In this document: positions 45,877 through 54,419 of the stretch, piece by piece
Numbering within the stretch: position 1 is the stretch's first letter
Layout: every line of letters begins with the position of its first letter
Virus record (IMG/VR): IMGVR_UViG_3300045747_000167
Location: 2,037-66,036 of that record
DNA length: 64,000 bases
Reading direction: 5' to 3' (one strand)
From: a virus
Lineage: Duplodnaviria > Caudoviricetes
Position numbers and translations under genes: made by a program
Notes under the pieces: model-generated
Database searches by the model: none
What the model was told of the DNA's origin: nothing
The model's input: the letters and a program-made list of their open reading frames with translations, nothing else

Positions 45877-46743
45877 TCAGCTGCAGCTGCCCAGGCGCAC
45901 CGGGATGCCGCCGAGGCCTTCCTTGACCTTGTCCAGCAGCGCGGTGGCGGCCAGCTCGAACACGACGTCGGCGCGCACCAGCTCGTACCAGAACACGACC
46001 TTGCTGTTCGACACGCGGTACTTCAGGCGCGCCACGATCGGCCACGCCGGCACCGGCTCGTCGGCCTTGTGCAGGGCCCAGAAGACCGGGATGCCGATCT
46101 GGAACTTGCTGAAGACCTTCATGCGCTCGACGGTCTCGGGCTTGTCGCTGTCGACGAACTCGAGCGTCACGCCGCCGGACTGCGTGTTGATCTTCGACTT
46201 GTAGGTCTTGTCGGCATTGGCCTCGAACGCGGTGGCCATCGTCAGGATGTCCAGGCTCGACGGGTAGCCGCTGCCATCGCCGCCGGCCACGTCCTTCTCG
46301 TTGTTCTCCAGGAACAGCGCGAAGTCGGCCTGGGACTGCGGCGTGCCGTCCTGCTTGTACCAGACCTGCCACTCGTGGCTGGTCTTGGGCGTGTAGACGG
46401 CGCGCTTCTGGCGCCAGCCGGCCGAGTCGACGGTGTGGTCGTCGAACACCGCGGTGAATCCCAGCTTGCCGGCGGCCGGGTCGAACTCGGCCCAGACGTC
46501 GGTGCGGCCGCTGTTGTGCGCCAGGACGTAGGCGATGAAGCTGTCGGCGTCGCTGAAGCTGGCGGTGGTCTTGGCGCGCCGCGGGTTGTCGAGGTGGCCC
46601 TCGGTGTCGATGGTCTTCAGCTCGGTTCCACGGGGCACTGCCACGTAGTGAATCGAGCCGCCCGCGGTGACTTCCAGCTCCAGGGGCACATGCGCCGTGG
46701 GCAGGTTGTCGATGATCGCTTGCGCGATGTTGTCGTGATCCAA
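45877..46743 (-). CDS. DUF2303/YfdQ family protein
   Basis: DSFIAYV, AVFDDH, QADFALFLE, IPVF, ARLKYR. Confidence 0.85.
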   Translation of the reverse strand: MDHDNIAQAIIDNLPTAHVPLELEVTAGGSIHYVAVPRGTELKTIDTEGHLDNPRRAKTTASFSDADSFIAYVLAHNSGRTDVWAEFDPAAGKLGFTAVFDDHTVDSAGWRQKRAVYTPKTSHEWQVWYKQDGTPQSQADFALFLENNEKDVAGGDGSGYPSSLDILTMATAFEANADKTYKSKINTQSGGVTLEFVDSDKPETVERMKVFSKFQIGIPVFWALHKADEPVPAWPIVARLKYRVSNSKVVFWYELVRADVVFELAATALLDKVKEGLGGIPVRLGSCS

Positions 46744-46771
46744 GGTGATCTCCGTGTGGTGATGGTGCGGG

Positions 46772-47095
46772 TCAGCCGGCGTTCAGCACGCGCGTCTGCG
46801 CGGCGACCGGCTGCAGGTCCAGCTTGCGCTGGTTCGGGTTGCTCTCGGAGAGGTTGCCCTCGACCGTGCCCCAGAGCATGTCGGGGGCGGGCTTCTCGAC
46901 CGGCGTCTTGTCGGTCACGTCGGCGGCCACCGACAGTGCGGCGCCGACCTTCTTGATGTCGATGGTCAGGGTCAGCTTGCCGGGCTTGCCGGTCTCTTCG
47001 ACGGCCTTGACGATGCCGGCGAGCAGGTCGCCAGCGCGGACATTCAGGCCACCTTCTTGCAGCAGCTGCAGGGTGGCGCTCAGGGGTTTGCTCAT
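46772..47095 (-). CDS. YfdP-like partner of DUF2303
   Basis: V.ETGK.GKLTL.I...GNLS..NP.QR.L.L. Confidence 0.75.
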   Translation of the reverse strand: MSKPLSATLQLLQEGGLNVRAGDLLAGIVKAVEETGKPGKLTLTIDIKKVGAALSVAADVTDKTPVEKPAPDMLWGTVEGNLSESNPNQRKLDLQPVAAQTRVLNAG

Positions 47096-47243
47096 CTCAG
47101 TCCTCGGTGTGAATTGAAGGTGGTCGGTGGCCTGGTCTGTTTCGCTCGTAGCCCCGGCTCAGGGTGCTTCCATGTCCCCGTAGGGAACCGATGCCGCCCC
47201 ACACAACCAGGGGATCTCGCGGCAATTCGGCTGCAACGTCAGA

Positions 47244-47660
47244 TCAGAAGGGAATATCGGAATCGATGTCGTCGTCGAAGTTGTTCTTGGCGGGCTTCGG
47301 CGGCGGCGCGGGGGCCGGCTTCGGGGCAGGCGCTTCTGACTTGGAGGCCGACCCGGCGAAGTCCAGGCCAGCAATGCGCGCCACCAGCTTGCTGCTGCTG
47401 GTGCCGTCCTGGCGCTCGAACGTCTCGATGTGCACGTCCTCGAGAGACACCGCGACTTGCTGGCCCTTGACCAGGTACTGCGTCAGGGCCTCGGCCTGCT
47501 TGCCCCAGAGGGCACCATCAACCCAGGTCGTGGGCCTCTTGCCGTCGGCGCCTTTGCGGCCGTAAGAAAATGCCAGCGACACGTTGGCCACAGACTGTCC
47601 ATCTGCGGTGTGCCTCAGTTCGGCGTCACGGCCCACCCGGGCCAGACCAAAAGCTCTCAT
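47244..47660 (-). CDS. ssb: single-stranded DNA-binding protein
   Basis: GRDAELR, WGKQAE...YL.KG, acidic C-terminus DDDIDSDIPF. Confidence 0.9.
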   Translation of the reverse strand: MRAFGLARVGRDAELRHTADGQSVANVSLAFSYGRKGADGKRPTTWVDGALWGKQAEALTQYLVKGQQVAVSLEDVHIETFERQDGTSSSKLVARIAGLDFAGSASKSEAPAPKPAPAPPPKPAKNNFDDDIDSDIPF

Positions 47661-48295
47661 GCGTTCTCCTTGCGAATACCGATTGGTGTGTTGACTGCTT
47701 GCTGTTCGGTCCAGCCGCTTCTCATGCGGCGGGCCACTGTTGACCTGTTGCTGCCCAGCAGGCGTGAGGCGGCCGACGCAGTCGCCCTCTGCCCGCTGGC
47801 ATCGACGAACAGGTTGGTGGACCTGTTGCTGGCCTGCTCGATCGGCGTTGCCCAGCTGCAGTTGCCGGGTTCGTAGTTGCCGTTGTTGTTCTCCCGTTCG
47901 ATGGACATGCCATCCGGTCTTGGGCCCATGTCGCTCAGGAAGTTCTCGTACGAGTGCCAACGCTCGCAAACCGTGATCCCTCGGCCGCCGTAGCGGTGCC
48001 ACTTGTGGTGCTGCGGGTTCTCGCACCGCTGCAGCATTGCGTGCCACGCCTTGTATGGGGCCGTGCTGGATGCGCCATGCTTCTTGTTGACCTGGCCTGC
48101 AACCTCGCGCGCCAGGCACCCACAGGACGACGTTGCTCCGCTCTTCAGTGACTGGGCCAAGACCAATGACGATTGGCCGCAATCGCACCGGCAGGCCCAC
48201 TTGGCGTTGCCTCGCGCGTCGCTCCCGTCTCTAGCGGTCACGACCAAGCGCCCGAACCTGACGCCTGAGAGGTCTGCGGCCTGCCCTGGCATCAC
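47657..48295 (-). CDS. HNH-like homing endonuclease
   Basis: RFGRLVV, CRCDCG, SCGC, YGGRGITVCERW, SIER..N.GNYEP.NC.WAT. Confidence 0.8.
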   Translation of the reverse strand: MMPGQAADLSGVRFGRLVVTARDGSDARGNAKWACRCDCGQSSLVLAQSLKSGATSSCGCLAREVAGQVNKKHGASSTAPYKAWHAMLQRCENPQHHKWHRYGGRGITVCERWHSYENFLSDMGPRPDGMSIERENNNGNYEPGNCSWATPIEQASNRSTNLFVDASGQRATASAASRLLGSNRSTVARRMRSGWTEQQAVNTPIGIRKENA

Positions 48296-49398
48296 ACTTC
48301 CTTGGTGGTGGTCTTGATGTGGTCGATCAGGTCGGCCAGCTGCGCTGGCGAGAGGCCGATGGTCCCGGCGTCGATCAGCGTGCCGCCAAACTTCAGGGCC
48401 ATGGTTGCGGCTTCGGCCAGACGCTGCTCCTCGGGCGAGAAGTTGGGCGGCGCCGCGCGCAACCCGCCAGTGCGAGCGCGCTTCGGCGGCACCGGGGCGG
48501 CAGCCGGCGGCTCGACGATCTCGCCTGTCGCCGCGCTCGCGACGATGCCGCCCGGCGAGGTGAATGTCTTCTCGGGCTCGGCAGCCTTGGGTGCCGACTC
48601 TTCTGCTTGGCGCGCGGCAGCCGCACGCAGCGCAGCGATCTCGGCCTGCGCTGCCGCAGCCTCGGCCGCCAGCCGCTCGTTCTCGGCCTTCAGCTCGATG
48701 GCCGCCTTCTCCTGCGCCTCGCGGGCGATGGTGTCGTGCAGCATCTGCTTCAAGCCCAGCAGCACCTCGGTGCGGACCAGCTCGGCAGCGCCCTTGAACT
48801 CTTCCCAGTCGTCGCCGATGGGCCGGGCTTCGATGGCGGCCACCGCCTTGGCCAGCGCCACCGAGTCCCTGCCAACGGCAGCGATCAGGTACGACTTGAA
48901 CTTGGTCAGGTTCTCCTGGTGCTTGGCCTTGCGCTCAGCCTCGATGCGGTCGCGCTCAGCCTTGGCGTCGGCCTTGCGCTTGTCCTCGGCGTCGATCTGG
49001 GCCTTGATGTGCTCCTCGATCGGGTTGAGGAACGTGGTGATCGCCTCGACCTCCTCGCCGACGGCCCGGCTGACAGCGGCCAGCTCGGCCTTGCTGTCCT
49101 TGGCCACGTTCTGGGCGGCGTAGCGCGGCGCGCGGACCTCGGCCAGGGCGCGCTTGGCCTCGTCGTAGCCCTTGCCGGTGCTGACGTCGAAGGCGACGCC
49201 CTTGTACTTGGCGACCAGGGCAGCCGCGCCGGCGCGCCAGGATCCGAAGCGGCTGAGCGCGACGGCCTTGACGTCGACCGTGGCCAGCTCGGTGCCGGGC
49301 TGCTGCAGGGACTGCTGCGGCACGCCGTTCTGGTGGACCAAGCCGATGCCCGGCTCGGTAGCCTGCGCGAAGGGGTCGAAAGTCTTGTCTTCGATCAC
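48292..49398 (-). CDS. coiled-coil recombination-region protein
   Basis: Helical ORF within the exo/ERF/ssb cluster. Confidence 0.65.
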   Translation of the reverse strand: MIEDKTFDPFAQATEPGIGLVHQNGVPQQSLQQPGTELATVDVKAVALSRFGSWRAGAAALVAKYKGVAFDVSTGKGYDEAKRALAEVRAPRYAAQNVAKDSKAELAAVSRAVGEEVEAITTFLNPIEEHIKAQIDAEDKRKADAKAERDRIEAERKAKHQENLTKFKSYLIAAVGRDSVALAKAVAAIEARPIGDDWEEFKGAAELVRTEVLLGLKQMLHDTIAREAQEKAAIELKAENERLAAEAAAAQAEIAALRAAAARQAEESAPKAAEPEKTFTSPGGIVASAATGEIVEPPAAAPVPPKRARTGGLRAAPPNFSPEEQRLAEAATMALKFGGTLIDAGTIGLSPAQLADLIDHIKTTTKEV

Positions 49399-49901
49399 AG
49401 TGTGTTTCCTTGGTGGTTGATTCGCTTTGCGTCGATGTATGCTTGGTGAGCGAGCTGAGGGTCATCAAACACCCCCAAGAACTGCTTCTTTCCGCCGGTG
49501 CAAATGTCGGCTCTGAACCTGTTCCCACCGTGGCGAGACACACCCAGCAGGCCGGTTGAGCTGTTCTTCTTGGCCGCCTTGCGGTTTTGACTGTTCACGC
49601 TTGGAGACACGTCACGCAAGTTGCTCCATCGGTTGTCGCTTCGGTCGCCGTTGATGTGATCGATGTGGGCAGATGGCCAGGCGCCTGTCATCAGGAGCCA
49701 CGCAAGCCGATGCGACGCGTGCTGCTTGTTCTCGAAACTGATGCGCAAGTGGCCATGTCGATCCTTGCTTCCGGCGCGAGAGCCAACCGCAAGATTCCCG
49801 TTGATAGGGTGACCCTTCAGTCGATGGAACTCCCCAGAGATCGGGTCGTACTCGATCGCTTCTCGCAAGCGCACAAGGAATGTTGGCGACTGGGTGATCA
49901 T
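49395..49901 (-). CDS. HNH endonuclease with AP2-like domain
   Basis: HRLAW, IDHINGDRSDNRWSNLR, LGVF...AH.AY. Confidence 0.85.
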   Translation of the reverse strand: MITQSPTFLVRLREAIEYDPISGEFHRLKGHPINGNLAVGSRAGSKDRHGHLRISFENKQHASHRLAWLLMTGAWPSAHIDHINGDRSDNRWSNLRDVSPSVNSQNRKAAKKNSSTGLLGVSRHGGNRFRADICTGGKKQFLGVFDDPQLAHQAYIDAKRINHQGNTL

Positions 49902-50755
49902 CCGAAAATGCCTTCTGCTTCGGGAAGGTCGTTGGTGACCGCGGGCGCGGTCGGGGCGGGTGTCGGCGACACGAACTCGATTGCAGGGGCGCTGTCGCCA
50001 TTGATCCAGCCGCGCAGGTCGGCGCGGTACTTCTCGACCCGGGCGTCGAACTCCATCAGGTCGGTCTTCAGCTCTTCGATGGCGGCCTCGTCGCGCTCGA
50101 TGCGGATGACACGCATCTGCCGGCCCTCGGGCAGGTCAGGCGCCCACAGAACCAGGTCCAGCCAGTCCAGGTGCAGCAGCCAGATCTCCATCACGCACTG
50201 GTGCCAGTACTCGCTGTAGTCACCGAAGATCAGCGCAGTGAACAGCGTGTCGCTGCTCAGCATGGTCTTGACCTCGATGCCGCCACGCTCCTGCTTGCCG
50301 GTGATGTCGACCGAGAAGCACAGCCCGTCCGGAGAGACGCCGAACTTCTTGTCGCCGGTGCGAACGAAGCCGATCTCCTCGACCAGCCGGCCGGTGGCCA
50401 ACTCATAGGCCTGCCGCGCGCGGGGCTCCTCGACCTGACCCTCGCGCATGTCGGCGGTCTGGAAGATGTTGCCGCGCATGCGGCCGTCCTCGCGCGCCCT
50501 GGCCAGATCCATGGCGTAGAGCGCCTGCTTCTGGCTGGGGCCGCCGCGGGTGAACGGGCGCGCCTCCTGCGTCACGTCGCCGGCCTTGTTGCGCTTCTCG
50601 GGCCGAGCCTCCTTGTCGGCCAGCCGGTCGCAGGCATCCTTCGCCTTGCTGCCGGTGCAGACGCCCTTGCGGTCGGCGTGCCACTCCTCGCTGCCTTGCT
50701 TGGCGAACGAGATGTACCACCCGGCCGGCAGGCCGAACAGCTCCTGCGGGCTCAC
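49898..50755 (-). CDS. YqaJ/lambda exonuclease family
   Basis: QGSEEW..R.G..TGS, EPRAR..YE, SPDGL, IEVK, QC. Confidence 0.88.
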   Translation of the reverse strand: MSPQELFGLPAGWYISFAKQGSEEWHADRKGVCTGSKAKDACDRLADKEARPEKRNKAGDVTQEARPFTRGGPSQKQALYAMDLARAREDGRMRGNIFQTADMREGQVEEPRARQAYELATGRLVEEIGFVRTGDKKFGVSPDGLCFSVDITGKQERGGIEVKTMLSSDTLFTALIFGDYSEYWHQCVMEIWLLHLDWLDLVLWAPDLPEGRQMRVIRIERDEAAIEELKTDLMEFDARVEKYRADLRGWINGDSAPAIEFVSPTPAPTAPAVTNDLPEAEGIFG

Positions 50756-51513
50756 TTGGCGGCGCCCTTCAGCTCGGCGCGGCGTGCCTCGACGGCGGCC
50801 TTCAGCTTGTCGTAGGCGGGCCGGTTGTCCAGCGCGGCCAGGGACGTCTTGCCGGTGGTCCAGAGCGCGACCACCGCCTTGTCATCGGCGCACTTGGCCA
50901 ACTGGTCCAGCAGGCCCTTCAGCACCTTGTCGACGGCCTCCTGCGGCACATCATCTGCACCGCCGTCACCATCGTCGTCCTGCTCTTCAGCCGCAAGGCC
51001 CAGGATGGCAGTGGCGCTGTAGCGCTCCAGGTACGCCTTGGTGCTGCCGCGGGCCTGCAGAGCATTGCGTCCAGGGCCGGTGTCCGGCGGGCCGCTCTGC
51101 TGCACGGACTCGCTGTGGCCAGCTGCGTGACGCAGTGTGCATTGCACGGTCATCCAGTCTTTCTCGTCGGCCAGCAGCTTCCAGCTGATCGACAGGCCAT
51201 GTTTGGCCAGGGCGGGCGACGTCACCTTCACGATCTCGGCGAGCGTCAGGTGCTTCTTGCCCTTCAGCGGCCCATCGGTGATCTCTTTGCGCTTCACCAG
51301 TTGGATGGCCTCGGACTTGAAGCCGGCGAACGCAGCGTTGAACAGCTTCTCGGCCTCGTGCTTCTCCCACTGGATCTGCATCTCCATGAGCTGCTGCAGG
51401 CGCTCCAGCGGAGCCTGGGACTGGACCGCCAGCGCGACGAGGTCGGCCGGCGTGGTGCGAGCAACAGCCAACGGCTGCTGCGGAATCGGGGTGAGTTCGT
51501 TCATTTGAACCAT
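50752..51513 (-). CDS. ERF family ssDNA-annealing protein
   Basis: L.KHGLS, LRH..GHSE, QARGST..Y..RY...A.LGL, DDDG. Confidence 0.85.
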   Translation of the reverse strand: MVQMNELTPIPQQPLAVARTTPADLVALAVQSQAPLERLQQLMEMQIQWEKHEAEKLFNAAFAGFKSEAIQLVKRKEITDGPLKGKKHLTLAEIVKVTSPALAKHGLSISWKLLADEKDWMTVQCTLRHAAGHSESVQQSGPPDTGPGRNALQARGSTKAYLERYSATAILGLAAEEQDDDGDGGADDVPQEAVDKVLKGLLDQLAKCADDKAVVALWTTGKTSLAALDNRPAYDKLKAAVEARRAELKGAAK

Positions 51514-51591
51514 GCGATGAGACGTTGGAATAGGCTCGGCCGGCGGAAGTGCGTCATCGCACCGCTGGAGAGCAGGAGGGAGCGCAGCGGG

Positions 51592-51756
51592 TTACGCCGC
51601 ACCGGAGAGGCCCCACGGGAAGATGACCATGGCGGCCATCAGCAGCACGAAGACTGCGGCGCCGGCAAACCACCAGGAGCCCGGGATCGCGTGATCCCGC
51701 TCAGCGTCTGCTCGGGCCCACCTGTCGTGGGAGTAGTTCGTGGGGGTGCGATGCAT
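51592..51756 (-). CDS. 54-aa single-TM protein, first gene under PL (not in the ORF track)
   Basis: MHRTPTNYSHDRWARADAERDHAIPGSWWFAGAAVFVLLMAAMVIFPWGLSGAA; ATG 8 nt below the -10. Confidence 0.55.
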   Translation of the reverse strand: MHRTPTNYSHDRWARADAERDHAIPGSWWFAGAAVFVLLMAAMVIFPWGLSGAA

Positions 51757-51824
51757 AAGTGCCTATTCTAGGCATGGTCGCATTTGACGTCAAGCGCATT
51801 TGCAGCGGCAATGCACATTGGCCT
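51751..51824 (-). promoter_or_regulatory. PL promoter with three operator-like sites
   Basis: TTGACG (51793-51788)-N17-TAGAAT (51770-51765); sites at 51751-64, 51770-83, 51811-24. Confidence 0.8.
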
Positions 51825-51981
51825 GCTCTAGGGCCCACACAAGCACACAAACCGGCAACCGGTCTGTGCTATCAACTGGGAATCACCCCAAACACAACCC
51901 ACACCCCCAACCCCTAGGGGGATGTGATACATGTTATTACCAGTTAGTCTCCCCATCTGGGAAGGCAAAAATGACTAAACA

Positions 51982-52383
51982 ATGATCAAGTCAACCGTGC
52001 CGAAGAGGCACAACATCTCCTTGGATGGAGGCGTCCTACTGGTGTCTGCGGGCGGCGTCCTGACGTCGGCGGCGATGGAGTCGCTGGGCGATGCGGTGGC
52101 ATCGATACCGCACGCGGCACTGGTCATCGACTACGCCAAAGGCACATCGGCGGCACCGCCTATTTCGGTGGTGCGCCACATGCGGGCCCGGCCGCGGATC
52201 CCCATGGGGATCGTGGTGCCTCCTGCGTTGGTGCAGGCCGCAACTGCAGAGGCCATGCAGATGGCCCTGCTCGAAGGGTCCGTGAGGCGGGTGTTCCTAC
52301 AGCCCCGCGACGCCCACCCTTGGGCGCTGCGTCAGCTTGTGGTCAGCGAGATGCAACAGGAATGGCGGCGGGCTCAGGGTTGA
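51982..52383 (+). CDS. hypothetical protein convergent with repressor
   Basis: 133 aa ORF; 3' end overlaps the repressor 3' end. Confidence 0.45.
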   Translation: MIKSTVPKRHNISLDGGVLLVSAGGVLTSAAMESLGDAVASIPHAALVIDYAKGTSAAPPISVVRHMRARPRIPMGIVVPPALVQAATAEAMQMALLEGSVRRVFLQPRDAHPWALRQLVVSEMQQEWRRAQG

Positions 52384-52726
52384 GCATGGCCTGAGCCACC
52401 GCGTAGAGCGCGGCCTGCTTGCTGGGGTGCAGCGTCTCGAATGCCCTGGCCAGTTCGACTGCCATCGGCGAGAAGGTGGCCGGCATCGGGCCAGCGCCCG
52501 GGTGGAAGCCGGGCTGCAGCAGTTGCCAGGGCTGCACGTTGAATGCCTTCGCCAGGCCATCTAGCTTGTCGACGCTGGGCGCGTTCTTCATCGCCAAGAC
52601 ACGACCGACGGTGGTCTGGTCGAAGCCGGCGCGCTCAGCGATCTCGGCCTGGGACAGCTGGTGGTCGGCGGCATTCCTGAGCAGGCCGACGTTCTCGGCC
52701 AATACCTGTTGAGCTGTCTTGATCAT
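52343..52726 (-). CDS. XRE-family repressor (no S24 domain)
   Basis: LSQAEIAERAGFDQTTVGRV...PSVDKLDGLAKAF.V.PWQLL; divergent from Cro. Confidence 0.85.
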   Translation of the reverse strand: MIKTAQQVLAENVGLLRNAADHQLSQAEIAERAGFDQTTVGRVLAMKNAPSVDKLDGLAKAFNVQPWQLLQPGFHPGAGPMPATFSPMAVELARAFETLHPSKQAALYAVAQAMLNPEPAAIPVASR

Positions 52727-52818
52727 GGTGTTTGTGTGGTGAATGTCACATTTGCCTAGAGTTGGCAGTCTGAGGCACGTCTAGTCGGTTGGTCTGTGCG
52801 GCGGGGCACACAACCCTC

Positions 52819-52865
52819 AGGCACAAATGAATCCTCTTGACGTTTCAGGCATATGCGCCTAGCAT
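52819..52865 (+). promoter_or_regulatory. PR promoter with operator in the spacer
   Basis: TTGACG (52837-42)-N17-TAGCAT (52860-65); AGGCA-tatg-CGCCT 52847-60; AGGCA-caaa-TGAAT 52819-32. Confidence 0.8.
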
Positions 52866-52871
52866 GCCGGA

Positions 52872-53081
52872 ATGGCCAAATACATCGACCTCCTGGAGCG
52901 AGTCCAGGCCGAACTGAAGCACCGTGATGGAGAGCTGCGTGCCGTGGCGGATGGCAGCGGAATCCACTACGACACTCTGCGGCGAATCAGGGATGGAATA
53001 CACGATCCAGGTTACTCAAAAGTCAGAGTGCTTGGCGAGTTCTTCTGTTTCGTGCCTTCTGCACGCCATCGCACGGCCTGA
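52872..53081 (+). CDS. Cro-like HTH protein (probably leaderless)
   Basis: VADGSGIHYDTLRRIRDG..DPGYSKV; ATG 6 nt after the -10. Confidence 0.8.
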   Translation: MAKYIDLLERVQAELKHRDGELRAVADGSGIHYDTLRRIRDGIHDPGYSKVRVLGEFFCFVPSARHRTA

Positions 53082-53151
53082 AGTTTAGGCCACCTGTGCA
53101 TATTTGCAATCCGGCCCCGTGGGGGGTGTATGCCTGTCCAGTGGTGTCGCA

Positions 53152-53439
53152 ATGACGCCAGCGCAGTGCAGCGCCCTCATGTTGCCCTGGTCTGACGAGG
53201 AGATCGCGCGCTTCCAGGTGCGCGAGCAGTTCCTGGTCGGCCGCGGGCTCAGCCCCAAGCGCGCTGAGGGCATTGCAGACCGACTGGCACTGCGCGACCA
53301 GCAGGGCGACGACCGCCGCATCTGCATCGAGTGCTCGCATGCCTACGTCAGCGCCAAGGGCGCCGGATGCCGCGTGCGCCAGCCCATCGTCCACAACGTC
53401 CTGGCGCGCTGCGCCGGGTTCAAGCCCGCCATCCAATGA
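53152..53439 (+). CDS. small Cys-rich protein
   Basis: LADRLxxRD-type motif, CxEC...C...C; coupled to next gene. Confidence 0.6.
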   Translation: MTPAQCSALMLPWSDEEIARFQVREQFLVGRGLSPKRAEGIADRLALRDQQGDDRRICIECSHAYVSAKGAGCRVRQPIVHNVLARCAGFKPAIQ

Positions 53440-54419
53440 CCATCCAGCTTCTTGCCATCGAGCGCATCCGCATCGACGGCGGCACCCAGCAGCGCGCTGA
53501 ACTCAATCTCGACGCTGTGGCCGACTACGCAGAGGCCTACGAACGTGGCGCCAAGATGCCGCCGCTGACCGTTTACTTCGACGGCACATCGGTGTGGTTG
53601 ACCGATGGGTTCCATCGTTTCTTTGCCGCTAAGAAGCTCGGGTTCCGAAGCATCGAGTGCGAGGTCGTAGACGGCACGCAACGTGATGCGGTGTATGCGT
53701 CCACGAAGGCCAACCCCAAGCACGGATTGAGCCGCAACAACGCCGACAAGCGCAAGGCCGTCGGAACGTTGCTGGCCGACGCCGAGTGGTCTCAGATGTC
53801 GGACAGCAAGATCGCCAACGAGCTGGACGTCAGCCAGCCGTTCGTGTCTGGCCTGAGGGCAAAGCTCACTCCAAACGTTATAAGTGAGAACCGCACCTAC
53901 ACCACCAAGCACGGCACCACCTCCACGATGAAGGTGGGGCGCATCGGGAAGGCTGCGCAGGAGCGCGCTGCTGCCCCAGCAGAGCCGCCCGCGCCGCCGC
54001 CGGTTGCCGCACCAGCACCGCCGCCCGACCTCCCGCCGCTGGAGGACGACCCGTCGATGGTGCCGCCGCCGGCCGCCGCGCCAGCTCCAGCAAGTGACCA
54101 GCAAGTACCGGCCCCATCGCCCGCAGCCGATACCGGCACCGAATCGCCCCAGACCGATGCGACGCGCGACCTGACGCCGGAAGAGCTGGCGATGAAGGAG
54201 TACGAGGAGACGCTGGCCGAGAACGCCCGCATGAGCGCCATCTTCGATGCCGACGACCGGCTGGCCGCCGCGGTGGCCGAGAACAAGCGGCTGCACACCG
54301 AGCTTCAGTTCGCCAAGGTGCGGCTCAACAGCGAACTTGAGAAGTGTGCCGCCCTGGTGCGCAAGTGCATGGCGCTCGAGACCAAGCTGAAGCGGATCGA
54401 GAAGGGCGCCGGCAAGTGA
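53436..54419 (+). CDS. ParB/Srx-domain protein with HTH and coiled coil
   Basis: GGTQQR, DGFHR, N..HGL, SD..IA....VS..FV. Confidence 0.8.
   Translation: MTIQLLAIERIRIDGGTQQRAELNLDAVADYAEAYERGAKMPPLTVYFDGTSVWLTDGFHRFFAAKKLGFRSIECEVVDGTQRDAVYASTKANPKHGLSRNNADKRKAVGTLLADAEWSQMSDSKIANELDVSQPFVSGLRAKLTPNVISENRTYTTKHGTTSTMKVGRIGKAAQERAAAPAEPPAPPPVAAPAPPPDLPPLEDDPSMVPPPAAAPAPASDQQVPAPSPAADTGTESPQTDATRDLTPEELAMKEYEETLAENARMSAIFDADDRLAAAVAENKRLHTELQFAKVRLNSELEKCAALVRKCMALETKLKRIEKGAGK

Noticed and set aside
47131-47211. Hammerhead ribozyme (CTGA...GAAA on the minus strand)
   Set aside because: Core reads CTGAGCC rather than CTGANGA, and the stems do not fit
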